This document shows positions 14,545 to 26,680 of a DNA stretch of 64,000 nucleotides, one piece after another. The notes under the pieces are model-generated. The model saw only the letters and a program-made list of their open reading frames with translations, did not search any database and had not been told where the DNA came from. Origin of the DNA: Chrysomallon squamiferum (Eukaryota; Animalia; Mollusca). The stretch spans positions 11,718,001 to 11,782,000 of the forward strand of contig CM022670.1 of NCBI GenBank assembly GCA_012295275.1, given 5' to 3'. The position numbers and the translations under genes were made by a program. Each line of letters starts with the position of its first letter. Positions within the stretch are counted from its first letter, which is position 1.

Positions 14545-15190
14545 TCCCAGTAGCAATCTCTGTTATGTATTTAACTTTCTCTTTAGTTACTGTATAGCTG
14601 TTACAGTTTTGATTTCCCTTGAACCTCTATAGTAACATAGTTGACTTACCCTTATACTTTATACTGATCTCTATAGTAACATATTTAACTTTCCCTTATA
14701 CTTATAGTGATCTCTATAGTAACATATTTGACTTTCCCTTATACTTATAGTGATCTCTGTAGTTATATATTTGACTTAACCTTATACTTATACTGATCTC
14801 TATAGTAACATATTTGACTTTCCCTTATTCTTATAGTGATCTCTATAGTTACATATTTGACTTTCCCTTATACTTATAGTGATCTCTATAGTAACATATT
14901 TGACTTTCCCTTATACTTATAGCAATCTCTATAGTTACATATTTGACTTTCCCTTATACTTATAGTGATCTCTATAGTAACATAGTTGACTTTTCCTTAT
15001 AGTGATCTCTGTAGTAACATATTTAACTTTCCCTTATACTTATAGTGATATCTATAGTAACATAGTTGACTTTTCCTTATAGTGATCTCTGTAGTAAAAC
15101 ATATTTAACTTTCCCTTATACTTATAGTGATATCTATAGTAACATATTTGACTTTTCCTTATACTTATAGTGATCTCTATTTGACTTTCT
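14545..15190. repeat. 43-bp minisatellite, about 14-15 copies
   Basis: Unit ctatagtaacatatttgactttcccttatacttatagtgatct. Period 43 measured from 14671 to 14714. Some 36-bp deletion variants. Followed by a short duplication at 15189-15250. Confidence 0.95.
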
Positions 15191-15749
15191 GTAGTGGTTA
15201 CATATTCTCTCTCTACCTGTAGTGGTTACATATTCTCTCTCTACCTGTAGTGACCTCCTTATATCTGACTTTCCCTGTACTTACGGAGACCACTTGAGCA
15301 ATCACAATAAATTTAGATTATACATGTAACTCAGCCTTCCTTCCATGTGCTGTATCGTGTTTTCACCAGTTCACTGAAGATACTCTTCCCAGTGGTTAAA
15401 CGATTAGCGTGTGTTTTCAGTGGAGTAACCAGGAGCAGACAGGTGGGACATGTGCCTTGGGTGCCAAATCTGACATGTCATTTATATGGCTGAAAATGTC
15501 AACACATTCACAGTTTATAAGAGGTGCCATTTTTCAAAAAAAAAGAAAAAAAAAAAGAAGATATTGTTGTGTTTGTCCAGGGCACCATTATCCCTAGCTT
15601 AGCTTCTCTGATTATGAATGATTGGTATAGTTAAGTATTGGTTAATGATCTTCAGTGGAATGTGAAAATTATTGGTGTTTTTTTTATATATTATTGATTT
15701 TATTTGTTATCTAGATTATTATTATTAATATTATTGTTATTATTGTTAT

Positions 15750-15780
<31 letters not shown>

Positions 15781-18749
15781 ATCGTCATTATTATTCTATG
15801 TGTATGTGTTATTATATTTTATTAATAATTATATTTTAGGTAAATACCTGTTTTGTGAAAAAAATGAACAGTATCTGCTTTCACTCACCATTTTGCACAT
15901 TCATTATGTAACATTAGGTAAATTCAGATTAAATGTTTATAAATATTTGATTTTAGTCATTCATATCTGTTTTGAGACTTGATGAGGCAGATGTGGTTGA
16001 TGTTAATAACAAAACTAGTAAATTAATCTAAATATTGACTGCTTAGCTCCTGATCCTGAAGTGTTTAAAACTTTTCAAATGATGGCCAATATGTATGCTG
16101 CATCATGATGAGTAAAATTCTCAAACAAAAACAAGTGGTTGACGATGCTGCTCAGGTCCACAGTGAAGCCAGCCAAGAGAGGCCATCACTGATAAAGAAG
16201 CTGATTTTGTAGATCCTTCAAAATATTCAAACTTTTGTTTCCTCAGACACTGAAAGTGGACATATCATAGCTCTGCTCCAAGCACTTAACATGATGTATT
16301 CAGACCTAGTAAGTTCTTTATCTGAAAACAAACGAAAACATTTCTCTTTTTTTTAAATACAGTAAGTCTCTGTAGCTTTTTCAGGGTTTTCTCCGAGTTG
16401 TGTAACACACTGATTTCTATTCAGATTACACACAAGGGGCCAGCAAGAAAGAGCAAGAGAGAAATGCTTTTATGACTGTTTCTTTCCAAGCACTACCACT
16501 TGGGGGCTATTACACTGTCATTACAATATCAGTTGTAATGTTATGTAATTATACTTATGTGTTTTTAATTAGGATTTTACTTGAGCATTCAGATTAAATT
16601 TTAATTGCCATTATATTTTGGTGATTACAGTTTCAGACATAAGGATAAAGATCTGAGGGAAAACTGCAGGGAGTCATCGCAGACTGACCATGACATCCAG
16701 TTTTTGTTGCTACTGATCATTTAAATGGTAACAATTCTACCATAAAAAGTCCTTTGCTGTAAAAGGAAACACCTGATTAAAACCAGTAGCCCTGATGTGA
16801 TAAGAGAGACTGATACCATTTCACAAGGTTTCTGTTATGAAACCTCTATAGTAATTGCTTAAATCATTTTCTTGTTGAAATAAGCAGGACATAATTATCA
16901 TATTTAGGATTTTGATTTTCTAACAATTACAACTGCTAAAGGTAGAGAGATTTGTTTGATTCTGATTACAGTAAAGTGCAACAGAAGCAAAACAAGCAGT
17001 GATAATACCCAGAGAAAAAATTTAAAAAAAAAAGTAATAATAACAGTAATATTAATTACTGGCAGACATTAAAAAATATTGTTTTTAAAATTCTAGCTGT
17101 GTTGTTATATAAACTGAATGTATTTTTTTTTAACTATAAACATTACACCCTAAATTTGTTGCCTAGGGCATGTGGCACACCTTCTTTTACCCTATCCATG
17201 GCACAGGACTGCAGGAAGAAATCTAATGATAGTAATCCATTATGACTGCAGATTGCATTACTTAATATCTCTGACTGTCCTCTGTAGGAGGTGATGCTTG
17301 TGGTCAACTGATACCTTTGATAAAATCAAGTGTTTCTGTTTGTTATGCACCAGATGCTAATTTGTGTCTGGCAGGGTCCTCATTTCCAATTTGTTTCTCA
17401 ACACAGTGATTACCAGGCCTGTGAGGCTGTGTGTTTTTACAAAGACTTGTGTATGTATTATATGTCTTTCATGTAACTTCTTAACATTGTAATTAAGACA
17501 CTGAAGCCGAGTTTTGTTTTAATCACTCTTTTGGTTTTTTCTCTTTTATGATGTCATCTGTTGATGTAGGAATGCACTCATGAGCCTGAATTTTATTTTC
17601 ATCAGTCTTTGTTTTAGGATATTCTGTTACTGATTCATTATATTATAATTTTAAAATTTTTGTTCTTGTTTGTTCATGTTTTTTATCTCTTAATATTTTT
17701 ATAAAAAAAATGTATTCTTATTACTATTATTATTATTTGTATTATTTATTATTTATTATTATTATTATTATTAATTATTATTATTAAAAATAAGTTTCAA
17801 GGTACATTTGTTTTCAGCCTACTTATCTGGTTTTTGTTACATTAATATATTGTTCTTTATATCATTAGAAAACTGTAATATTCATAAATTGTGTTTTACT
17901 TTTTTTTATAATTATATTAACTGAACATACTAGTATACTTTTACCATCACTGAATTAAATAGAACAATTCCAATGTTAATTTCTGTAGCTAGTGAATATT
18001 TTCATTATATCATAATAGATATTTACATTTGTCATCACATATTTTAATTTAATTTCTAGTAGAAAATGATGAGGAGAAACTATTTTGTGAACAAATTTTA
18101 ATATTCAATGACAGACACATAATGGGAACTCTTTTGTTTAATGAGAGCAGAAAGGTTTGATCTGCCTGAAACTTTACACTGATGACAAAGACACAAAAAC
18201 TATCATATTCTTACTTTAATCAAATTTTTCACACCTGTTTTGCACAAATCTGAGAGGGCAGTTGCCACCCACCCCATCCCCAGTACCCCCTGGGTTGTAC
18301 ATCCATCCCCCTGTTAAAAGATGGCATCATTTACCTCAGATGTGTACAGCTCCACTTAGCATATATCATTTGAATCAGTGTCTCTGAATTAAATCTATGT
18401 GGGAGAATCAGTTACATTACAGCTAGGAATTGGCTCCAGCCCTGGGTCTGTGGAGAACCCTAAGAGTTTGTCATACTGGACAACCCTTTTAAATCAGGTG
18501 GAAGGATCAGAATTTTATATCAGCAGTGACAAGAAGATGGTTGTAAACAATTTCATGTTGTTTTTGTGATGACACTGAATTATTCACTTTTCTTGAGGAA
18601 AAGTAAATTGTTTTTGTTTTGCTTTTTAAATCAGTTTTGAACTTAACAAGTTTATATTCTGCTGTCCTTTCATTGAGACATGTTCAAAATCTGTCTCATT
18701 CTGTGTTACAATCGTTTATTTTTGTAATTCATTAAAATATACAGAAAGA

Positions 18750-18925
18750 AGCAGACACACACAACACACACACACACACAACACCCATGCACACACCCAG
18801 ATGTGTACACACACACAGAGAAGCACATAAATACACACATAAAAATGCATCCACAAACACATACACTCACACACACACACACACATCAGTGCCCTTGTAC
18901 TAACACATAACACACAAACACATTA
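18750..18925. repeat. Degenerate (CA)n microsatellite
   Basis: Interrupted CA runs. Confidence 0.8.
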
Positions 18926-20486
18926 TTTTGAAGTGAAAATTTGCAGATTACTTTATTGTTTTACTATTTAGTGGCCAGAATTTCAGTAAATTCATTTCTT
19001 TCAGCAAAGAACAACATCTGTTTCCAAGGAACATAGAGTTCAGTGAGCATCTTTACCATTTGTCCTAACTATGACAAGTATGTACTCTTCTGAAAACATC
19101 TCTCATACTCTCTCCTGCACTTTTTCCCAGTCCCCTGTGTGAACCCTCAAAATAGCTGTGGTATGAGAAAGTAAAAAAAAAAAAAAAATGTGGATTAGTG
19201 TGAAATTACAATGACAAACCCTGAAAATAAGGATAATTGTAATGCTGAAGTGTTTTGGGTAAAGCAATTTTTTTTTTTATAACTCTTTACTGTGGGGGAC
19301 AGAACAAAGATGTTGTTACTGAATTAATTAGCTCTGCATGAAGATGAAAGACTGGCCTAGGGAGGTTTTTCCCTGCATTGATAAACACTGACAAAGTAAA
19401 GTGGGACCTGGTAAACTCCTTTCACTTCTTTTATTGGATATTATAAAGTAATTTGCACCCAGACTTTTCTTTCTGCAGGCCGCACTCAGTATCATTTATG
19501 GGAGAACTGCTTGTTTTTAATGACACTTTCTGTTAATCTGCTTTTTATCAGTTAATTGTTTTACCCCTAAACCCTGAAGTAGTCCCTGTTGACTCCGTAT
19601 TAATTAATATTTTCTGTTATTTGGAAAGATTAGAATATCTTTTTGTATATGGTTTAATATAATTAATTGTTGAATTTGTTTTGTTTAAATTTATGTTCTT
19701 GGTGCTGTTGCATTTTTCAAAATCAAACTTTTTTGGGTGTGTTGAAAGAAAACTACTTGTTTACTTATCTTTTTGCATATCAGTGAGTAACAACATTTTT
19801 AATATCATTTACATATTTTAAATAAAGAAAATTTGAAAAAAGAAAATTTAATATTTCAGTGATAGTTCTAGTCTACCTACTCTTAATTTTGTTTTTCTTT
19901 CAAATAATATTTAAATGATGGTTCTAATCTTCAGATCTTTTTCATTTTTTTTCATTCATTTGACAGTTATTAAGAAATTAATACACTGTGTTGAATTTTA
20001 TGTGTTAAATCCACTCTATTCAGAAAAACATTAATAGCTGTTTTGGTTTACTAACCAACCATAAGATTTCTTATAGAAAGAGAACAAATGCAGTTTGAAT
20101 AAGACATTTCGTGTACATGCATGAATATAACATGAATTATGACTGCTTTTTAACATTATCTTAAACATAATAGTAGTCTGAAGTGCACTTCTGGTATCAT
20201 ACTCCATTAAGTAAACACACTGAACACTGACAGCGACGTAACTCTGTGCTGAATCATAATGACGCAGTGTAATGTAAATACCGTCAAAAAAATATATATA
20301 ATTTCACTTAATGAGACATGTATTTATTTACCTTGCGCAGTAACTGTCATATTTGCTTCAGATTCTAAAATCTGTTCTGTAGAGATTTTTAACATAATTT
20401 TCATTTAATGCTGCTTTCAAAATAAAATTAAAAATATTGTTTGTTTTTTTGTTTTGTTTATAGTTTTGGACAATAAGATACATAAA

Positions 20487-20655
20487 AAGGAAACCTGTTG
20501 CCAGCTTCATTAGGCAACTTTTTCTGATTTGCATACACATCTTTTATATTCTCAGTCCCACAGACAGGACAGTACTTTCCATGGCTTTTGTTGAAAACAA
20601 TGGTTGGAATAAGAAATAGCTCAGTGAGTCCACCAAGAGTGATTGATCTTACAAT
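20487..20655 (-). mobile_element. Decayed tRNA-headed mollusc SINE fragment
   Basis: ggaaacctgttgcc...ttttat...cccacagacagg...ccatggcttttgtt...ggttggaataagaaatagctcagtgagtccacc...gattgatc follows, block by block, the antisense of a gastropod SINE consensus as I recall it. Not database-verified. Confidence 0.65.
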
Positions 20656-20834
20656 GGGTGTGGGTGTGTTAATTGCAATAACACGTGAACATCCACATCT
20701 ACAATGAATATATAAGAAAAATAAATTAACATGTTAGAATTAGACAACTCTTCACTGTCTTATATTAATTACATTATATGTATGTATATAACAACACTTG
20801 CTATAATTAAAGACTGTTTTGTATTAAATTTATA

Positions 20835-20983
20835 TATGTATGCATGTATGTATGTATGTGTCTGTGTGTATGTATGTATGTATGTATGTATATGTATGTT
20901 TGTATGTATGTATGTATATATATGTGTATGTGTGTATGTATATGTATATATGTGTGTATACAGACACATACACACACACATAC

Positions 20984-21016
<33 letters not shown>

Positions 21017-21025
21017 CATACATAA

Positions 21026-21058
<33 letters not shown>

Positions 21059-21152
21059 TATATATATGTAAGTATGTGTTTATGTATGTATATATATATA
21101 TGTATGTGTGTATATATGTGTATGTGTGTATGTGTGTGTGTGTGTGTGTGTC
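20835..21152. repeat. Compound (TATG)n/(CA)n/(TACA)n/(TG)n microsatellite
   Basis: Direct reading; it accounts for the cluster of low-complexity ORFs here. Confidence 0.95.
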
Positions 21153-23249
21153 TGCATATAAATAGTAACTTACTAATTGTTAAGTGTCAGTGTCAAACAC
21201 TGACCTGTTTGTATCTACTGCAGTAATAAAACTGTAGAAAGCCAAATCCGTTTATTACTGCTGCTGAATAGACCTCTGAATGCGTGAAATTTAAATATCA
21301 TCATTTCTCAGTTATGTGTGCTTTGTTTTTAGTTCTGTAATAGAGGGCACAATAGATGCTGGATGCAGCCATATTTAATCCTGTGTCAGGTGCTGGTGTC
21401 AGGATGGCAGTTGTCTGTGTTTTATGTTCTGTGTCCACACCAGGAGGTGTCCAGCCGTCCAGTCTGGCTGTCCAGCCACTGACCACCACCTGCTACATGT
21501 GCAGCAGCACTCACTTGTTGTCTTCTCTTAAAACACTGATGTAATGGTCAAGTTTGTTTCCAGGTGGTAACAAGCAGAATGAATATGTTTCCATCCATCT
21601 GGAAATGCAAATGGCCATTACTGTGTTCAGTGTTGAAAATCTAAAATGATAGATGAATTTGGTAAAATTGCTATCTGACATGCAGAATGAGTGGCAGATT
21701 TAAAAAAAAAAAAAGCAACAAATAAAATCTCGTGCTGTTTTATGAATTTGGACAAATGCTGAATTGCTTAAATGTTTAGTTGATAATAAAAAGAAAAGAA
21801 TCTTATTATGATTTCAAATTTAAAGATTTTTGTTAAAATATTGATTTTACTGAAGGTAACCCAACCATTTTGTTCTGGCTTCCAGAATCATGGAAAATCC
21901 TGAAAGTGGCTACTTTTGAATAGGGACACTTAGTTTAAGTTTCCAGTTCAAGTGAGATTGTTGATATGTACATAAGATCCTCTCACAATAAGTTATTACT
22001 TGCTTCAGTTTGCCCTCATTGTCGTTTATTATCATGTCTAAAAGGCTGACAGAAATCCATCTTGCTAGTATTTTTAGAATTTTAAATGAATTAATAAAGT
22101 GTTTTAATTTGTAACTGTTAAATATAGTTTCATGACTTATTTTTCATTGTTTATATTTTCATATTTTAAGTAAAGAGTTATATATTAAGAGGGAACCAAA
22201 ACAAAGTTAAAGCAAATAACAATAACAATAACAATATTGTTTCTTCTGTTATCATTATCATTACTACTGCTTCTTAAACTATTTATAATTTTTGTATTTT
22301 TTCCAGTCTCGTCATTTTTGGCCATTTTCATTGTCCTCTTCTCCTTTTGTTTCTTTCCTTCGCTCTTAACTTCCACTTCTGACTGTCTATGACATTAAAG
22401 AGAAATGTACTTCACAAATACAAGCATGTGTGTTTGGTTACAGAAGAAGTCTGTGATGGCCAATAAAGGCAAATGGTGAATAGAGTCAGCTTACTGATTT
22501 ACCATGGACTGTCATTATTATTCTTCAGCATCTGGAAAAGATTTAGACATCTGTTGAAAGAATATTGATACTAGAACATTCTTAAATTGTCAGCCCTAAA
22601 ATTGATGGCATGCTTTTTTTTTCAGTTATTTCTCAGTAATTGTTAATGTGACAGATCAAAAACTGGAATAGTTTTGTTTCTTGTACTTTTAAACATTTAA
22701 AATAATAAGGGATGGATTGAGATTTCAAAGAGTCTGATTAACTTTTAATTTTTTTTTTAAGTGTTTTTAGGAACAGGTTTTGTTGAAATTTGAATTTGAG
22801 ATATCATACTTCTGCCCAACCCCAACCCCCCAAAAAAAAAGGGAAACCAAAGCAATAAATCATAAGAGTAAAATGGTTTTAGTATGTGGAACACAGAAAT
22901 TTACAAGATAACCAGAATTCTGCTGCTTATTGTGATTTGTCAAACTAGTTTACTCTTTATCTGTAAACATATGCAAGTGTGGTGTTACAGTTTATTAAAG
23001 TATTTGTTAGGTCAGCTTTTTCCAACTTAGTCAAATTTCAACATTTGGTCAGAAATTAAAACAATGTGTGATAGATGCTGGACTGGCACAAAGGTCGGTT
23101 GTAATGTCTTTTCTTCAGAAGGTGATACCTGATACACTGTTAGCATAATTCTCAGATAATGTCAGTCTAAGCTTTCAAAGACTGATACCCTCAGATTCTT
23201 TTGTTATACAACCGAAATATTTAGAAGTCTTTCAGAACTGTGTTCATCC

Positions 23250-23470
23250 ATAAGGAGGGCATTTTGTTAAAACTAGGTTCAGCTAGGAAAGGGCCATTTT
23301 CTGCAAATTAGATTTAGCAAAAAAGGGGTTAGTTTTTATTAAAAACAGGATTCAGCAAGGAGGGGGCACATTTCTCAAAACTGGACACAATAAGATGGGT
23401 CTTTTTTCTCACAACTGGTACTCTGAGACAAGTTAGGCTGAGAGCAGGCTTTGCAAAATGGACTTTGTAA
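23250..23470. repeat. Highly degenerate ~35-bp tandem repeat, about 6 copies
   Basis: aactgga-like starts at ~23271, 23305, 23344, 23379, 23413 and 23456, most followed by a G-run and then a T-run. Confidence 0.55.
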
Positions 23471-26159
23471 TTGATCAGATTATTGTAAATATGATCTCTT
23501 TAACATGTCTGACCTGTATCAACAAGTTATCAAAATAACAATTTCATCACTGCATTCATACAAACATTTTATTTATTTATTTTGGGTTGTATTTAGGTTA
23601 TAAATTGTTTGTTTTTTGTTGGTGTTTTTGAGACAAGTATTGTATTTCTGTTTATTTTCAATTTTTTTTTTTTTTTGACTTAGTTGATTTTTGTCATCTG
23701 TTGATGTTTATAATTTAATAATTATTATAATTAAATTTTTTATTTATGAAAATCATTCAGCTCCTTCACCAATATCAAAATAAAGTGAAATATTCTTTAG
23801 TTACAAAATAAAATAATATTAATCAATTTTACCAGTTAATGTAATGACAGTGTCTAATACTGAGTAAGGTAACATCTGTATTTGAAGGTATTAATGACAA
23901 TGAATTATGGATTGTAATCCACATTAATTATCTTTTTGTTTTATAACTAGTAATGGTTAGACCAGCTAGGTAGATATATAAAGAGAGACAAATTTTTATT
24001 TAGACTGTTCAGTTGTTTTGGGTTGAGGTGAGTTGGTCTGGAGGTTGTTTGTTGTTTTGTTTGTTTAACTTTCTTTAACTTTTCTATTTTTAAATTATCT
24101 TTTTTTATTCAATAGCAAAATGTATTAATGTATTTCATGTACATGCACATATACATTTTACATACACACACATAAAAGAAACAGATGTAAACAGAATAAC
24201 AGCTTTATAAAAAAAAAAAAAAAAAAAACGTAAACCATCACTTCATTGTAGCAACAGGCTTTTTAAATCATTCATAATTAAAAACTAGAACACACTGACA
24301 ATAAACTTGTTTTAAGTTCAACAGTCTTTTAACGGGGTTAACTCCATCTTAGAATAATAATTCAATTCACAGAGATGCACTTGTCCCTACATGAACACAC
24401 CTGTTGAAAAAAAAAATGGTGCTTTGTAAGCTGCGACCAACCTTTCATCTAAACAGTGACACAAAATATGATTTTATCTGTGGATCCAGTTCCCCCTCAG
24501 GCTCTTCTTTGTTTACAGATGATGTGATGGGCCAGGCTGAAGCAGCAACCTGACACTGTAATGACAGTCCTGACTGTGTCGATGTTGTAGTAGCTTGTTC
24601 TAATTAGTGTAAGGTACGTTCAACACAGACACACAGACTTCACACACAATTATTAGTATAGCATTATAGACATACCCATTAAAGATTATCAGGGGTTTTT
24701 TTTGTTGTGTTTTTTTTTCAGAATAAATTTAAGTTTTGTACATGGCTAAATTTTTGTGTGTAGATATAACTACACATTGATGTAATTTTAATTTTACACT
24801 GGCAATATAATTTAATTTTATAGACACATAGTTTAAATCTTATGTGTTAATATAATAATTAATATTTTTATTTTGTGTCCAGTTTATATGATTAGCAATT
24901 GTTCCATTATTTTTATTTTAAAATTTGTTTAAAACAACTAAGTTAGATTTAATATCAAACATGACTTTTTGTATTTGTTAATGCTTGTAGCAGCCACACA
25001 TTATAGGGTATAAGTACCAGAATGTCTAGACTGAATATGTTAATACATGTGATAAAATCCTATATATGTAATAAAAATGTATCCACATTGAGATGAAACC
25101 TTGTATTTTTATGCTTATTTAAATAAAAATATAGAAATATTACTGTTAGTCTTATTTATTTATTATTTTTATTTATTTTCTTTTTTTTAATTTTTTTTTT
25201 TTTTTTTTACTTTTGCATATCCTAATTTAATTGACAGTTTTTACTGTTTACCTTTATTATAAATTTAAAAACATAATTTTAAAAAAAACATTAGTATTTG
25301 TTTTGGGGCGGAATTATTATTATTATATTTAAAATTATTATTATTATTATTTTTTTTTTTTTTGTATCTATTTATTTTACTATTTATGGCTGGCTGTTGT
25401 TTACATTAGTTGTTTATGCCTCAACTATAGGTCAAGGTGTCCAGTAATAGCTCAGAGGGTCCACTAAGTGGTCAGACTGTTTGATTCATTCACAGGTGGA
25501 GTCATATTGCACACTCTCTGGGTTTTAATATTCAGAAAGCTTATGAGCTAAATGGACTTCTCGTGTAGATGCTTAAACCCTGTAATTTGAGGCATTCAAG
25601 TTAATCACTCTGAAATTAAATATTTCAAAAGTCATTCAGAATACTCACTGCTTGGAAAATTAAAATATATAGTTAAAAGTAAGAATAATGAAGCATGCAA
25701 CCCTAAAACATTATATTAATTAACATTTTAATTCAGTAATTGTATAATTATCTTTAGATGAAGTGTAGTTTTTTTCTTTTTTTTATTTATTTATCATCAT
25801 CATACTAATGTTCTCACTAAAATTACAGTAGCTGATAAGGTTTATATAATGCTGAAAATAAGGCAGTTGGCATCAAACTGTTTATAAGTGTTTGACTTGT
25901 TATTAAACCCATTGTAAAAATAACGACAGCACTAAAATATACTACTTCATACAGTATACAGAAGACAAAATTAATTCAGCAACCAACGTCCATTTTAATA
26001 TCAAAAAATATAAATGTTTATTACTGCCATCTTCTCAACATTAACAATGTGTCAACTATCTAATATATATATATATATAAAAAATATGTTAACAGTACTG
26101 TTATAATTTATTTAAATTTAAGAATCAGAATTGCTTATTCAAGATATTCAATATTGTGC

Positions 26160-26680
26160 AAGTCTCGACTGTGTGTAACAATAAATTCTTGATTTTTAAA
26201 TAATCTCCACTAGACGTGTTTCGGCATATTTAGACCTGAACAGACTGTCAAGATGTTACCAAACAGAAGAGTTTATTTGATTGACTATGTTACCTCTAGG
26301 AAATGTAATTTATTATTACAAATGAAACAGGACAAAAAGGTCTGACGTCCACCACTCGCTGTACGAGGGATGATAAACACAATAGGCAACAGCTTGCTTG
26401 AACTGCTAGACTGGTCTTTATTTAGCGTTGTCGTTGTTAGACTGATCCTCTATTTATAGTAGTGTAATTCGTACACATTTGTCCTGATTCTTTAACATAC
26501 TTACCTGCATAACATCTGTTCACTTACTCATTAGCTTTTTCAACAATTTGACTTTCGCTGTAAATATTTCTAAATTTTATCGGTCACACAATATTAATAG
26601 TAAACATCCAAGTTACTCACTAAATAATCAGTGCGATGGAGTGGGTTACTGGGTATATCAAATGTAGACGAAACTTTAAA
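26160..26680. promoter_or_regulatory. CpG-retaining island, candidate promoter or enhancer
   Basis: Local CpG enrichment. CTATTTATAG at 26450-26459 (MEF2 consensus, or a minus-strand TATA box). Minus-strand donor CAG|gtaagt at ~26504. Confidence 0.35.

Noticed and set aside
14545-15190. Regular 43-bp array (and the 29-bp and 79-bp arrays) as CRISPR-like loci
   Set aside because: Head-to-tail repeats without unique spacers, no cas genes, and a eukaryotic context.
15975-16195. TGATGA...CTGA pairs suggestive of C/D snoRNAs
   Set aside because: No proper terminal stems or recognisable rRNA guides; these motifs are frequent by chance.
20731-21165. Cluster of 60-144 aa ORFs on both strands (also 40032-40419, 18716-18913, 5921-6154, 51566-52062, 61791-62572)
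   Set aside because: These are translations of microsatellites (YVCM/HTYI/ERER/poly-L, -I, -T) with no coding signal.
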